A DNA stretch of 64,000 bases from Elusimicrobiaceae bacterium (GCA_045606805.1 JAZUSP010000047.1:5087-69086); one strand, 5' to 3'. Counted from the stretch's first letter, positions 21,234 to 29,395 are shown. Translations and numbers: made by a program. Notes: a model not told the origin generated them from the letters alone.

Positions 21234-21989
21234 CTAATAGGGCATTGTATAAGCGCGTAGCGTTGAATAATTTGTGTCTGTTTGGAGGGGTGCACCAAAA
21301 AGTTGGGTGCAATAACTACCCGGCGTTTTTTGATAAACAAAACCGTTAGAATTGGTCCTTTCTGCACAGATAATTTTGGGTTCTCTCATATCTACAAAGA
21401 AACCGGCCCCGGCATAAGTACCGGAAATGCGCCCTAATTTTATAAAATGCCCATCCATTTGCAGGGCCCAATCTTGGTTAGAACGTACTACAGTTGACGT
21501 AGCATAGGTATCCCATAAAGTGTTTCCCGTCCAGGCGGTTAGGTCAATATCCAGTTCTTCAAAAGTGGTTGCGTATTTTCCATTAGCTAAGTAATAGGCG
21601 GCCTGGGCTTGAACCATTGATTTTAGCAACGGTAATACTTGGGCGGCTTTGCTCTTTTCGACGGCTTTTTGATATTGCGGCACAGCCACTGCCGCCAAAA
21701 TACCAATGATGAGGACAACGACTAACAGCTCAATAAGCGTGAATGCGGCAAGATGCCCCTTAGCCGGGGCATTGTCAGAGCCCGCCCCGCAGGGTTGTAG
21801 TGCGGGGCTAGCCTGACCTACCCGTTTAATAAGGGTAAAACCGCCGTTGTTAAATAAAGACGTCATTCCAAACCTGATTTGGAATCTTCCACGCGTGCTG
21901 TTAATCCACGACAACGACAAGCGTTGTAGATCCTGAATCAAGTTCAGGATGACTTTATTTTGTACAACTAACTTTTTGTTTTGCATCAT
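21234..21989 (-). CDS. Type IV pilin-like protein 3 with doubly extended leader
   Basis: Two FTLI motifs 32 aa apart; the second continues as [20 protein letters not shown]. Confidence 0.9.
   Translation of the reverse strand: MMQNKKLVVQNKVILNLIQDLQRLSLSWINSTRGRFQIRFGMTSLFNNGGFTLIKRVGQASPALQPCGAGSDNAPAKGHLAAFTLIELLVVVLIIGILAAVAVPQYQKAVEKSKAAQVLPLLKSMVQAQAAYYLANGKYATTFEELDIDLTAWTGNTLWDTYATSTVVRSNQDWALQMDGHFIKLGRISGTYAGAGFFVDMREPKIICAERTNSNGFVYQKTPGSYCTQLFGAPLQTDTNYSTLRAYTMPY
21862..21953. repeat. GTCATCC-type double-hairpin element in the pilin 3 leader peptide
   Basis: GTCATTCCAAACCTGATTTGGAATCTTCCACGC..GTAGATCCTGAATCAAGTTCAGGATGAC. Confidence 0.88.
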
Positions 21990-22270
21990 GTTATTTCTCC
22001 TTGTATTTTTTCAATTTATCCGTCTTGGAAAAACTCATGCAAAAACGGCTCATGCCAGTTAAGCGTTTCCCCACCCTTAACCAACAACAGCCGTAATTTA
22101 CCGTACAGAACGATAAACATTCAGCACAACTTTTATTTGGGATCGGCAAATAAATGTTGTGCCTAATTACGCGCTGTATTTTGGAGGGGAAACGATTGCT
22201 TTTTAAAGCAAAAGTCCGTTTCTTAAACGGTTCCAAAAACAGATGAAATTGTCGTTTTCCTACTCTCTCA
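21990..22270 (-). ncRNA. Conserved structured 5' leader of pilin cassette, copy L3
   Basis: TAGAAT -10, 5' block, stems CGUUUCCCC/GGGGAAACG, ACAGC..GUAAUU/AAUUACGGCUGU, GGCACAAC/GUUGUGCU, GAAUGUUU, AGCCGUUUU. Confidence 0.78.
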
Positions 22271-22568
22271 TTCTACATAATTTCTGCCTAATTTGCACCC
22301 TAACTTTGTTACGCGCTTGCTTCAATACCTCCGCCCTAAAGGGCGGTTTACGCAAGTATTCTGCGCAAACGCAAGCCGCGTTAGGGCACAAATTAGTTTG
22401 AAATTATCACGCTGTTTGGGTGTGGCTGCTTGTAAACGTATTTTGAAATGGTTGTTTTTTGATATGATTTTTGCTACCATGAACGGAGGAGAAATCTATC
22501 TCTCTATATAAAAACGCCATATAAAAGGTTTTAGCGAGTTTGAACGGATTATAAAGGAGAACATCAAA

Positions 22569-23624
22569 ATGAAAAACAATAAACGGGGTTTTACCCTGAT
22601 TGAACTGTTGGTAGTAGTGCTTATCATTGGTATATTGGCGGCGGTAGCGGTGCCGCAGTATAAAAGAGCGGTAGAAAAAAGCCGCTTTAGTGCGTTAATT
22701 CCGGTAGCTAAAGGGGTGGCAACGGGGAACGAAAGTTATTATTTGGAGTCAAACACGTATGCAAATGATATCAAGTATTTAAGTGTAGATGCCAATGCAC
22801 AAGGAATAGAAATAAGTGTGGTAAATGATGACTCAAACGGGCTTAGTTATGTAAAAGCATATAATGAAACCGAATTACCAAATCATGACTATGTTGTCTT
22901 TCAAGAACACAGTGGAAATTTTGGAGGAGTTACGATGTGTGAAGCGGCGGATGAAGAAGCCGGAAAACTGTGCGAAGCGATGGGAGGGAGTATTTTGGAC
23001 GGAGCCGTAACTAGCGGGTGGATTGCGTATGCTTTAAGCGGCGATACGGCCGGAAGCAGTTTCCCCAGTGCGGGTGGTTTTAATTTGGGTGATTTTGACC
23101 AAGCTGCCCTAAATGAGGTATTGGCGGGGTTACCTACTGGAAGCACTTATTCTTATAACTTTGACATATGTGAAGCAATGGACTCGGCGACTAGTTGCGC
23201 CAAATCTACATTTAAGAAAATGGGATATTGTAGGGCGGGGCGACAATATAGTTGTGCAGGTTCTACCTTTAGCAATGGTGGTACATGTACTACCTTCTCT
23301 AATTTAGACGCAGAATATGCGTGTGCGGGTTCTACCTTTGGAGCTAGCGCAAAATGTCAAGGATATAATGCATATGGTTGTGCAGGAAGTACCTTTAGCG
23401 GATATAATAGTTACTGCCAGGGGGGAGCTGCGTACGGATGTGTGGGCTCTACCTTTAGCGGAGAGAATAGTTACTGCCGGGGAGATGTGGAGGACGGATG
23501 TACAGGTACAACCATTCAATCTGGGGCATATTGTACGGGGCAAGGGTGTGCAAACGCCGCGTATGAAGGAACCGGATGTTGCAAAGGAGATTATTGCGGC
23601 AGTGCGCCGAAATGTGCCTCTTAA
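22569..23624 (+). CDS. Type IV pilin-like protein 4 with Cys/Gly-rich repeat C-terminus
   Basis: MKNNKRG|FTLIELL short leader; repeated CxGSTF..YC units in the last ~140 aa. Confidence 0.9.
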   Translation: MKNNKRGFTLIELLVVVLIIGILAAVAVPQYKRAVEKSRFSALIPVAKGVATGNESYYLESNTYANDIKYLSVDANAQGIEISVVNDDSNGLSYVKAYNETELPNHDYVVFQEHSGNFGGVTMCEAADEEAGKLCEAMGGSILDGAVTSGWIAYALSGDTAGSSFPSAGGFNLGDFDQAALNEVLAGLPTGSTYSYNFDICEAMDSATSCAKSTFKKMGYCRAGRQYSCAGSTFSNGGTCTTFSNLDAEYACAGSTFGASAKCQGYNAYGCAGSTFSGYNSYCQGGAAYGCVGSTFSGENSYCRGDVEDGCTGTTIQSGAYCTGQGCANAAYEGTGCCKGDYCGSAPKCAS

Positions 23625-23649
23625 TTTGTATCAAAAAATCTGATTAAAC

Positions 23650-23683
23650 AAAGAGCCCCGGCAATATAGCGGGGCTCTTTTTT
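23650..23683. terminator. Bidirectional terminator between pilin 4 and hydF
   Basis: AAAGAGCCCCG..CGGGGCTCTTTTTT. Confidence 0.8.
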
Positions 23684-24858
23684 CATCTTCCTTTTTTTCT
23701 AAAAATCTCCGTCACGCGCTCAAAAATGCCATTGCACCACGCAATCGTGAGGCCGTAGTTGCTTACGGGGACGCCGGCCTCTTTTAACACCGTTAGGCGG
23801 CGCAAAATTTGCGTGCGCGTTACCATGCATCCGCCGCACTGGATAGCCAATTTAAAGGGACTTAAGTTTTCAGGCAGCGGGTCCAAATTATTGACGGTCG
23901 TAAAAAAGAGTTGTTTGCCGGTAAATTCTTGCAGCCAGCGCGGGATTTTCACGCGGCCGATGTCGTCGCATTTATTTACGGTATGCGTGCAGGACTCCAG
24001 CACCAAAATGTGGTCGCCGTCTTGCAGTTTATCAATGGCGGGTGTGCCTTTTAAGTAGGCGTCAAAATCGCCTTTAAGGCGCGAAAATAAAATGCTAAAG
24101 CTCGTCAGCGGGATATGCGCGGGCACGACGGAGCTAACATATTTAAACACTTGCGAATCGGTCACCACCAGCTTAGGCGTGTGGTTGGCCATGTAACCCC
24201 GCAGTTCGGTATCCTTGACGCACACGGCCGTGGCACCGATATCCAGCAAATTGCGAATCGTCTGCACTTGCGGTAAAATAAGCCGCCCTTGCGGGGCCGA
24301 ACTGTCCACGGGAATAACTAAAACAATCTCATCTCCGGCGCGCACGTAATCGTCCAAAATCACGTCGGGCGCGTAGGAACTTTTGGGCAGGTGCTCACGG
24401 ATGGTACGCAACAATAAATCCACGTTCGGTTTTTTGCACGTAAACGCAACGACGTCCGCGCCTTTAATTTCCACATTAGTGGTAGGCAAATCGGTCTTGT
24501 TCTGCACGAAGAAAAACGGCACTTTGCGTGCTTTGCACGTTTCCATTAACGTTTGGTCGTACGCGTCAAAATTTCCGGCAAATACGAGGACCGCCAAATC
24601 CACTTGGTCCAGCGCGTCATTGGTGCGCGCGACGCGTTGCTGCCCCAGGTTGCTGGGGTCGTCCACGCCGGCGGTGTCAATGAGTTCCACCGGCCCGATA
24701 CCGACGAGTTCAATGACTTTTTTAACCGGGTCCGTAGTGGTGCCGGGTTCGTCCGCCACAACGGAAACCTGCTGGCCTGTTAAGGCGTTGACGAGGGAGC
24801 TTTTCCCCACGTTCATTTTGCCAAAAAATCCAATCCGGGGTTTATTGAGTTGTACCAT
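23683..24858 (-). CDS. hydF: [FeFe]-hydrogenase maturation GTPase HydF
   Basis: GKMNVGKSS, GTTTDPV, DTAG, PQGRLILPQVQT, ESCTH..DDIGRVKIP and CGGCM motifs. Confidence 0.88.
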   Translation of the reverse strand: MVQLNKPRIGFFGKMNVGKSSLVNALTGQQVSVVADEPGTTTDPVKKVIELVGIGPVELIDTAGVDDPSNLGQQRVARTNDALDQVDLAVLVFAGNFDAYDQTLMETCKARKVPFFFVQNKTDLPTTNVEIKGADVVAFTCKKPNVDLLLRTIREHLPKSSYAPDVILDDYVRAGDEIVLVIPVDSSAPQGRLILPQVQTIRNLLDIGATAVCVKDTELRGYMANHTPKLVVTDSQVFKYVSSVVPAHIPLTSFSILFSRLKGDFDAYLKGTPAIDKLQDGDHILVLESCTHTVNKCDDIGRVKIPRWLQEFTGKQLFFTTVNNLDPLPENLSPFKLAIQCGGCMVTRTQILRRLTVLKEAGVPVSNYGLTIAWCNGIFERVTEIFRKKGR

Positions 24859-24900
24859 AATCTCATTATACTAAACTTGCGCAAGAGGTAATTTCTGAGC

Positions 24901-25083
24901 CAAATTACGAAGAAAAAATCTTGAACAGGCGGTAAAACACAAGCCTCCGGTTTTTCAAAGGAATTTGTGTTAGAACGCGACGCGGACTTGCGAAGTATAC
25001 TGTGCGCAGCCGCCCGGAGGGCGGAGGTATTCGAGCAAGGACGCAACAAAGTTCTAGCGCAAATTACGAAGAAAAAATCTTGA
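24901..25083. repeat. Palindromic insert flanked by identical 24-bp direct repeats
   Basis: CAAATTACGAAGAAAAAATCTTGA at 24901-24924 and 25060-25083; inverted arms AATTTGTGTTAGAAC/GTTCTAGCGCAAATT between them. Confidence 0.85.
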
Positions 25084-25108
25084 CAAATGCTTTTTGTTCC
25101 ACTATACT
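25080..25108 (+). promoter_or_regulatory. sigma70 promoter for the 25137 operon
   Basis: TTGACA-17 bp-TATACT. Confidence 0.8.
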
Positions 25109-25136
25109 ATAAATACCGTTTTACGAGGGGGATTTT

Positions 25137-25691
25137 ATGAAAACCGTACTTGTAGTATTCACTTTGTTAGGGGCCGCTTTGAGCGCCGCCGCGTATCAGG
25201 CGGGGCCGCAAAACCGTTCCAATTTCGGCTCCAACCAAGCGGCGCAAGCGGGCCAGCAAAATTACCGTTCGTTTAGCACTTACAAACAGCGCAATTGGAG
25301 CCAAGGTGTGCAAACCCAGCGCGTGCAGACCGAAACGGCCGGTAAGTCGGCTACGGATTTTGAGAAAAAGGCCCAAAAACCCGTCGGTAAAACGCAAGCC
25401 GTTGCGCCGAAAGCAGTCAAACCCGCCCCGCAAGCGGTGGCGACAAAGCCGTCGTCAACCACGGCCAATATGCCCGCCAATGCGGACCCGGCCGCTATGA
25501 TGCAACAAGTGCAAAATATGATGAGCGCCATGGGCAACATGAGCGGTGCGCAACCGAGCCAACCCGGCGTATCGGGCCAAGCGCAAGTTGGCCAAAATGC
25601 GGCGGCCATGCCCGCAGGTACGCCGGATCTCTCGGCCTTAATGGGGGGAGCGATGCCCGCGGCCCCGGCGGCAACCCCGGCTAAAAAATAA
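25137..25691 (+). CDS. Secreted low-complexity (Q/A/M/P-rich) hypothetical protein
   Basis: Signal peptide MKTVLVVFTLLGAALSAAA; GGGGG RBS. Confidence 0.75.
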   Translation: MKTVLVVFTLLGAALSAAAYQAGPQNRSNFGSNQAAQAGQQNYRSFSTYKQRNWSQGVQTQRVQTETAGKSATDFEKKAQKPVGKTQAVAPKAVKPAPQAVATKPSSTTANMPANADPAAMMQQVQNMMSAMGNMSGAQPSQPGVSGQAQVGQNAAAMPAGTPDLSALMGGAMPAAPAATPAKK

Positions 25692-25692
25692 T

Positions 25693-26382
25693 ATGAAACA
25701 TCTTTTAGTAAGTGTATTTTTAATCAGTATGCTCAGTGTGTGGAGTGTGGCGCAGCGCCCCCAAACCGAGGTGGAAATGCGCCGCCCGGGCATGTCTGTT
25801 GAAGTTACTCGCCCGCAAACCCTTACGGGTGCCGAGCGTCCGGATACGACGGCAGAAATAAACCGCCCCACCACGCAAACCGGGGCCGTGCGCGCGCAAA
25901 CAACTGTTTCCACACAACGCCCGCAGACGGAGGCAAGTGCCGTATATCCGGCTACTACCGTGGAAACGGTGAAACCCATGACGACGGTAGAAGTGATGCG
26001 CCCTCAAACCACGGTAGAGCTTTCCCGTCCGCAAACGGCGGAATTTTCCGTGGCACAAAGCGGCAGCGTTGCCGGGCAAAAAGGGGGGAAAAGTGCAGCG
26101 GTTACGTCGGCACAGGCCACTACTTCTATGAGTAATTTTACCCCCAAGCAAGCCAAAGATTTTTCGTCCGCGCAAAAAGCCGCACCGCTGGGCGGGGGGG
26201 AGAATAAACTGGGTAACGAAACTAACGCCGCCGAGAAAGATGCCGCTAATAAAGCCAGTATGCTAGGCAAACAAAGCAATCAAAATATGGATGTGGACCC
26301 GAATTTAAAGACAGGCAACCTGGCGGCTTTAGGCGCGTCGGTGGAGAAGAAAGTAGAAGAAACTAAGAAGAAGAAAAAATAA
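25693..26382 (+). CDS. Secreted protein with 11 tandem 9-aa RPxT repeats
   Basis: Signal peptide; RPQTEVEMR/RPGMSVEVT/RPQTLTGAE... with period 9; Lys-rich tail. Confidence 0.8.
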   Translation: MKHLLVSVFLISMLSVWSVAQRPQTEVEMRRPGMSVEVTRPQTLTGAERPDTTAEINRPTTQTGAVRAQTTVSTQRPQTEASAVYPATTVETVKPMTTVEVMRPQTTVELSRPQTAEFSVAQSGSVAGQKGGKSAAVTSAQATTSMSNFTPKQAKDFSSAQKAAPLGGGENKLGNETNAAEKDAANKASMLGKQSNQNMDVDPNLKTGNLAALGASVEKKVEETKKKKK

Positions 26383-26395
26383 AATTTCTGCTTGG

Positions 26396-26446
26396 AAAAG
26401 GGGGGAGAAACGGTCTATTGGTGGCTGTTTCTCCCCCTCTTTTTTC
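26396..26446 (+). terminator. Terminator after the 25137-26382 operon
   Basis: AAAAGGGGGGAGAAAC..GTTTCTCCCCCTCTTTTTT. Confidence 0.75.
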
Positions 26447-26548
26447 TAACTATTTTTTCCTGACGCGGGAGCGGATATTTGGGCTCAATAGGCGTTTTTT
26501 TCGGTGACAGCGCCTAATTTTAACGTTCCAATAAGCAGTTATAAAATG

Positions 26549-26640
26549 GATAATCCCTGAACTCGTTTCAGGGTCTTTGATGCTTGTAGTTGTTTTTAAC
26601 AACCTACGTGGAAGATCCCGAAACAAGTTCGGGAATAATC
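26549..26640. repeat. Intergenic GTCATCC-type double-hairpin element (degenerate)
   Basis: CCCTGAACTCGTTTCAGGG..ACGTGGAAGATCCCGAAACAAGTTCGGGA. Confidence 0.75.
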
Positions 26641-26675
26641 TTTATGCATATTATTAGGTCGATTTTTGGGTTTAC

Positions 26676-26965
26676 CTAAAACGTTCGGAGCACAAATGCC
26701 CGTACACGGCACAGTACCCCCAAAATGTTTTGGGGCAAATGGGAACCTGGCGCGGGTGCATATGTTTGGGCTTGTCTAAAACGTTTGGCGCACAAATGCC
26801 CGTACGGCAAGTATCCCCAAAATGTTTTGGAGCATTTGGCTTTAAATCGGGTTTTTGTTTGGGGGTATATCCTAGTACCCCTCATTTCGTTTTAGGGCAT
26901 TGGCTTAAAACGCGTTTTTGTTTTGCCCCATATCCCAGGTACCCTATTTTTGTTATAGGGCATTT
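26676..26965. repeat. Two pairs of imperfect direct repeats (~65-bp units)
   Basis: CTAAAACGTT(C/T)GG(A/C)GCACAAATGCCCGTAC..CCCCAAAATGTTTTGG at 26676 and 26776; GCATT(T)GGCTT..GTTTTTGTTT..GTACCC at 26832 and 26897. Confidence 0.75.
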
Positions 26966-27256
26966 TAGCAAAATGCAAAATTAAGCTAATTTTTGCAAAA
27001 TGTGGTGGGGGGAGTAAAAACCAAAAAAACAGTTCAATTTTACCGTATGGGGGTATATCAGTATACCCCCAATTTTGTTTTAGCCCGTTTAAAATAAGAC
27101 ATGATTTTTAACCCAACTTTGTGAACTTGTATTGCTAACAAAAAATAACTATAAACTAAGTTAGAATTAACATAAAAATATTTATAAATTAAGTAGAAAA
27201 TATAAAAATATAATAATAGTTAGAGCAGTGGTAAAAATCGCTTTTAAATCCTAATT

Positions 27257-27284
27257 ACTTAACATAATACTTATTCTCGTTAGT
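27257..27284 (-). other. Candidate dif (XerCD) site
   Basis: Minus strand reads ACTAACGAGAA-TAAGTA-TTATGTTAAGT, an 11-6-11 layout. The right arm is close to E. coli TTATGTTAAAT and the left arm to B. subtilis ACTTCCTAGAA. Confidence 0.6.
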
Positions 27285-27355
27285 TAAATAAACGCTGACA
27301 AATACCCCCTTTCACGCCATTTTGTCCCCATGATTTTGCACGATTTGAAAATAGT

Positions 27356-27364
27356 TGTGGATAA
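27356..27364 (-). promoter_or_regulatory. Perfect DnaA box (TTATCCACA)
   Basis: TGTGGATAA on the plus strand, in an AT-rich intergenic region. Confidence 0.45.
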
Positions 27365-27488
27365 CAGTTGTGAATTTTATAAAATAATTTGAGAAAATGG
27401 GGAAAACTATAAAAAAATAGTAAAAAATAAAAGTACTTAAAAAATAAGTACTTTTTATATTGCGTACAAAAACCTACAAAATGATGTT

Positions 27489-28034
27489 TTACATCTGTTT
27501 TAGTAAATTTTCGGCCAGAGCAAAGGCTTTGGCAAAGCCCTCATTGGTTAGCTGATAAGTGCGGCTGCGTTTAGTTCCCTCCCCCACCATGCGCCCGGCC
27601 TGGATTTCCCCAGCCAGCAAACGGTCCAGCCGGCCCGCATCTATCCCGCAGGCTTTTAAAGAATGGGCCAAGTCCAGGGCCGGGTAAGCAGGTTTTTTTA
27701 AGAGTACACGGGCCCCAGCCAAGAGTATAAGGGCCACCTCTTGCGCAGATAACTTGGTTTTGCGGCGCAGGGTCAGCAGGTTGCCGTCCTCTTTGAGCAG
27801 TTTTTCCCATAAATAAAGTTCGGTATGCGGGGTATTGACGGGCGTAACAACCGCTAATTGCGGGGCTTGATGAGCCATGGCCGGAGTAGCCGGGGGAGCG
27901 GCCTTAGCCGCCCCAATGAGGGTCAAAAAATAGTTGCGTTCGCGCTCAATAAATTCACGCGGGCCCTGGGCCTCAAACTCCTCGCCGTTAGGCAGCCGGA
28001 AGCGTATTTTTAAGACGTTTTCCCCATTGTTCAT
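27489..28034 (-). CDS. Hypothetical protein with probable C-terminal winged helix-turn-helix
   Basis: C-terminal pattern of helices plus wing (GRLDRLLAGEIQAGRMVGEGTKRSRTYQLTNEG); strong upstream promoter and GAGG RBS. Confidence 0.65.
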   Translation of the reverse strand: MNNGENVLKIRFRLPNGEEFEAQGPREFIERERNYFLTLIGAAKAAPPATPAMAHQAPQLAVVTPVNTPHTELYLWEKLLKEDGNLLTLRRKTKLSAQEVALILLAGARVLLKKPAYPALDLAHSLKACGIDAGRLDRLLAGEIQAGRMVGEGTKRSRTYQLTNEGFAKAFALAENLLKQM

Positions 28035-28097
28035 AAGCTGTTTATAACCTCATTTTTTAGCACGTTTTCCACGGGAGTTATCCCCCGCCACAGACAT

Positions 28098-28126
28098 ATA
28101 ATAGCTATTTTGTTATTTTATGTCAA
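28098..28126 (-). promoter_or_regulatory. sigma70 promoter of the wHTH gene
   Basis: TTGACA-17 bp-TATTAT on the minus strand. Confidence 0.75.
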
Positions 28127-28432
28127 GCGATATGTTATTTATGTCAGTTTTATGTCATCCCCGGTGGATAAGTTTTATTGTAGGAAGAAGGCGCAACGCA
28201 AAATTTTGCCCGGTTTTGTAAAAAATTGAGCGGTAGTGTTAGATTTTTTGTCCATACCAAGCCCCCAAAATATGACACATAAAATGAAGTGGATTTTTTC
28301 TCCCCCCACCCCTTAAAATTAACCCAATTTTTGCGTGGGGTGGGCGGATGCCTCAAAATCAGTAAAAACAGGGGCAGAAACCTTAAAAAACAAAAACCGC
28401 AAAATCGGGTATGATTTTGCGGTAAAAAAAAA

Positions 28433-29137
28433 CTAAACCATCCGGTAGAGAAACTGTGAAAATAATTTTTGACAATAATCACCCGGTTGCTTAGAAAATA
28501 GAATTTTACTATTATTAAACCGTTCCATACACATCAATTGTTTTGCGGGATAGGAAGGTGTGGTGCTATTAAGTAAATATACAAAACCCGCTCCGGCATA
28601 AGGTCCGGAGATGCGCCCTATGGCAAGACCCTTTCCAACGGCTTGGTCATAAAATTCTAAACTCCAGTCTTTATTGGATATAGCGCCTGCGGTGTTTAGC
28701 CAACTTTCATGTTTATTCCAAGACATATTTACATCCAAATCTGCAAAAGAATTTGCGTATGTTCCATTTGCCAAATAGTAGGCTTCCTGTGCGGCTGCTA
28801 TGGACCGAATGATTGCAAATGCTTGGGTAGCTTTGCTTTTTTCTACTGCTTTTTGGTATTGTGGAACGGCCACGGCCGCCAATATACCAATGATAAGAAC
28901 AACGACTAGTAGTTCAATGAGAGTAAAGGCCGTGTTGGTATATAAATTTGTCATTCCAAACCGGGGTATTACCGTTGGCCCCGCCCCGTAGTGTCTTAAT
29001 ACGGGGTCTTGGAATCTTCCACGCAGGTCGTTTCGTAACGAAAACAGCAAGCGTTGAAGATCCTGAGTCAAGCTCAGGATGACTTTATTGTTTACAGTCG
29101 GTTGCGTGAAACCCCACCGGGTGTATAGCTGATTCAT
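28433..29137 (-). CDS. Type IV pilin-like protein 5 with repeat-derived leader
   Basis: A|[24 protein letters not shown] after a 70-aa leader. Confidence 0.9.
   Translation of the reverse strand: MNQLYTRWGFTQPTVNNKVILSLTQDLQRLLFSLRNDLRGRFQDPVLRHYGAGPTVIPRFGMTNLYTNTAFTLIELLVVVLIIGILAAVAVPQYQKAVEKSKATQAFAIIRSIAAAQEAYYLANGTYANSFADLDVNMSWNKHESWLNTAGAISNKDWSLEFYDQAVGKGLAIGRISGPYAGAGFVYLLNSTTPSYPAKQLMCMERFNNSKILFSKQPGDYCQKLFSQFLYRMV
28950..29083. repeat. GTCATCC-type double-hairpin element with nested insert, in the pilin 5 leader peptide
   Basis: Same layout as 16955-17088, including CCCCGTAGTGTCTTAATACGGGG. Confidence 0.88.
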
Positions 29138-29390
29138 GTTTTCTCCTTTCTGTTTGGGAAAGAAACGGCTCTTTTGCCGGGCCAGCTATACACAACCCAC
29201 CAAAACAGCCGTGGCCCACCGTCAAAACGGCAAGCACTCGGCACAACCCCAACGGGCTCTAGATTTCCCGTCAAAGTTGTGCCTTAAAACGACTGTTCTT
29301 GGGTGTATAACTGTATCTATCCCATTCACAGTTTAAATTGTATTTACTGCTCTTTCATTCTACATAATTTTTGCCTAAATTAGTAAAATA
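29138..29390 (-). ncRNA. Structured 5' leader of pilin cassette, copy L5 (lacks the 5' GGAACC block)
   Basis: TAGAAT -10; stems UAUACA/UGUAUA, AACAGUCGU/ACGGCUGUU, GGCACAAC/GUUGUGCC, GAGUGCUU, AGCCGUUU. Confidence 0.72.
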
Positions 29391-29395
29391 ATCTT

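Noticed and set aside
23800-24010. HydF Fe-S motif anomaly (QCGGC instead of HCGGC)
   Set aside because: As I recall, this variant is common in gut-anaerobe HydF proteins, so it is not distinctive.
28433-28490. Frameshift or truncation at the pilin 5 C-terminus
   Set aside because: The final Cys pair is present and the ORF closes normally; truncation cannot be shown without homologs.
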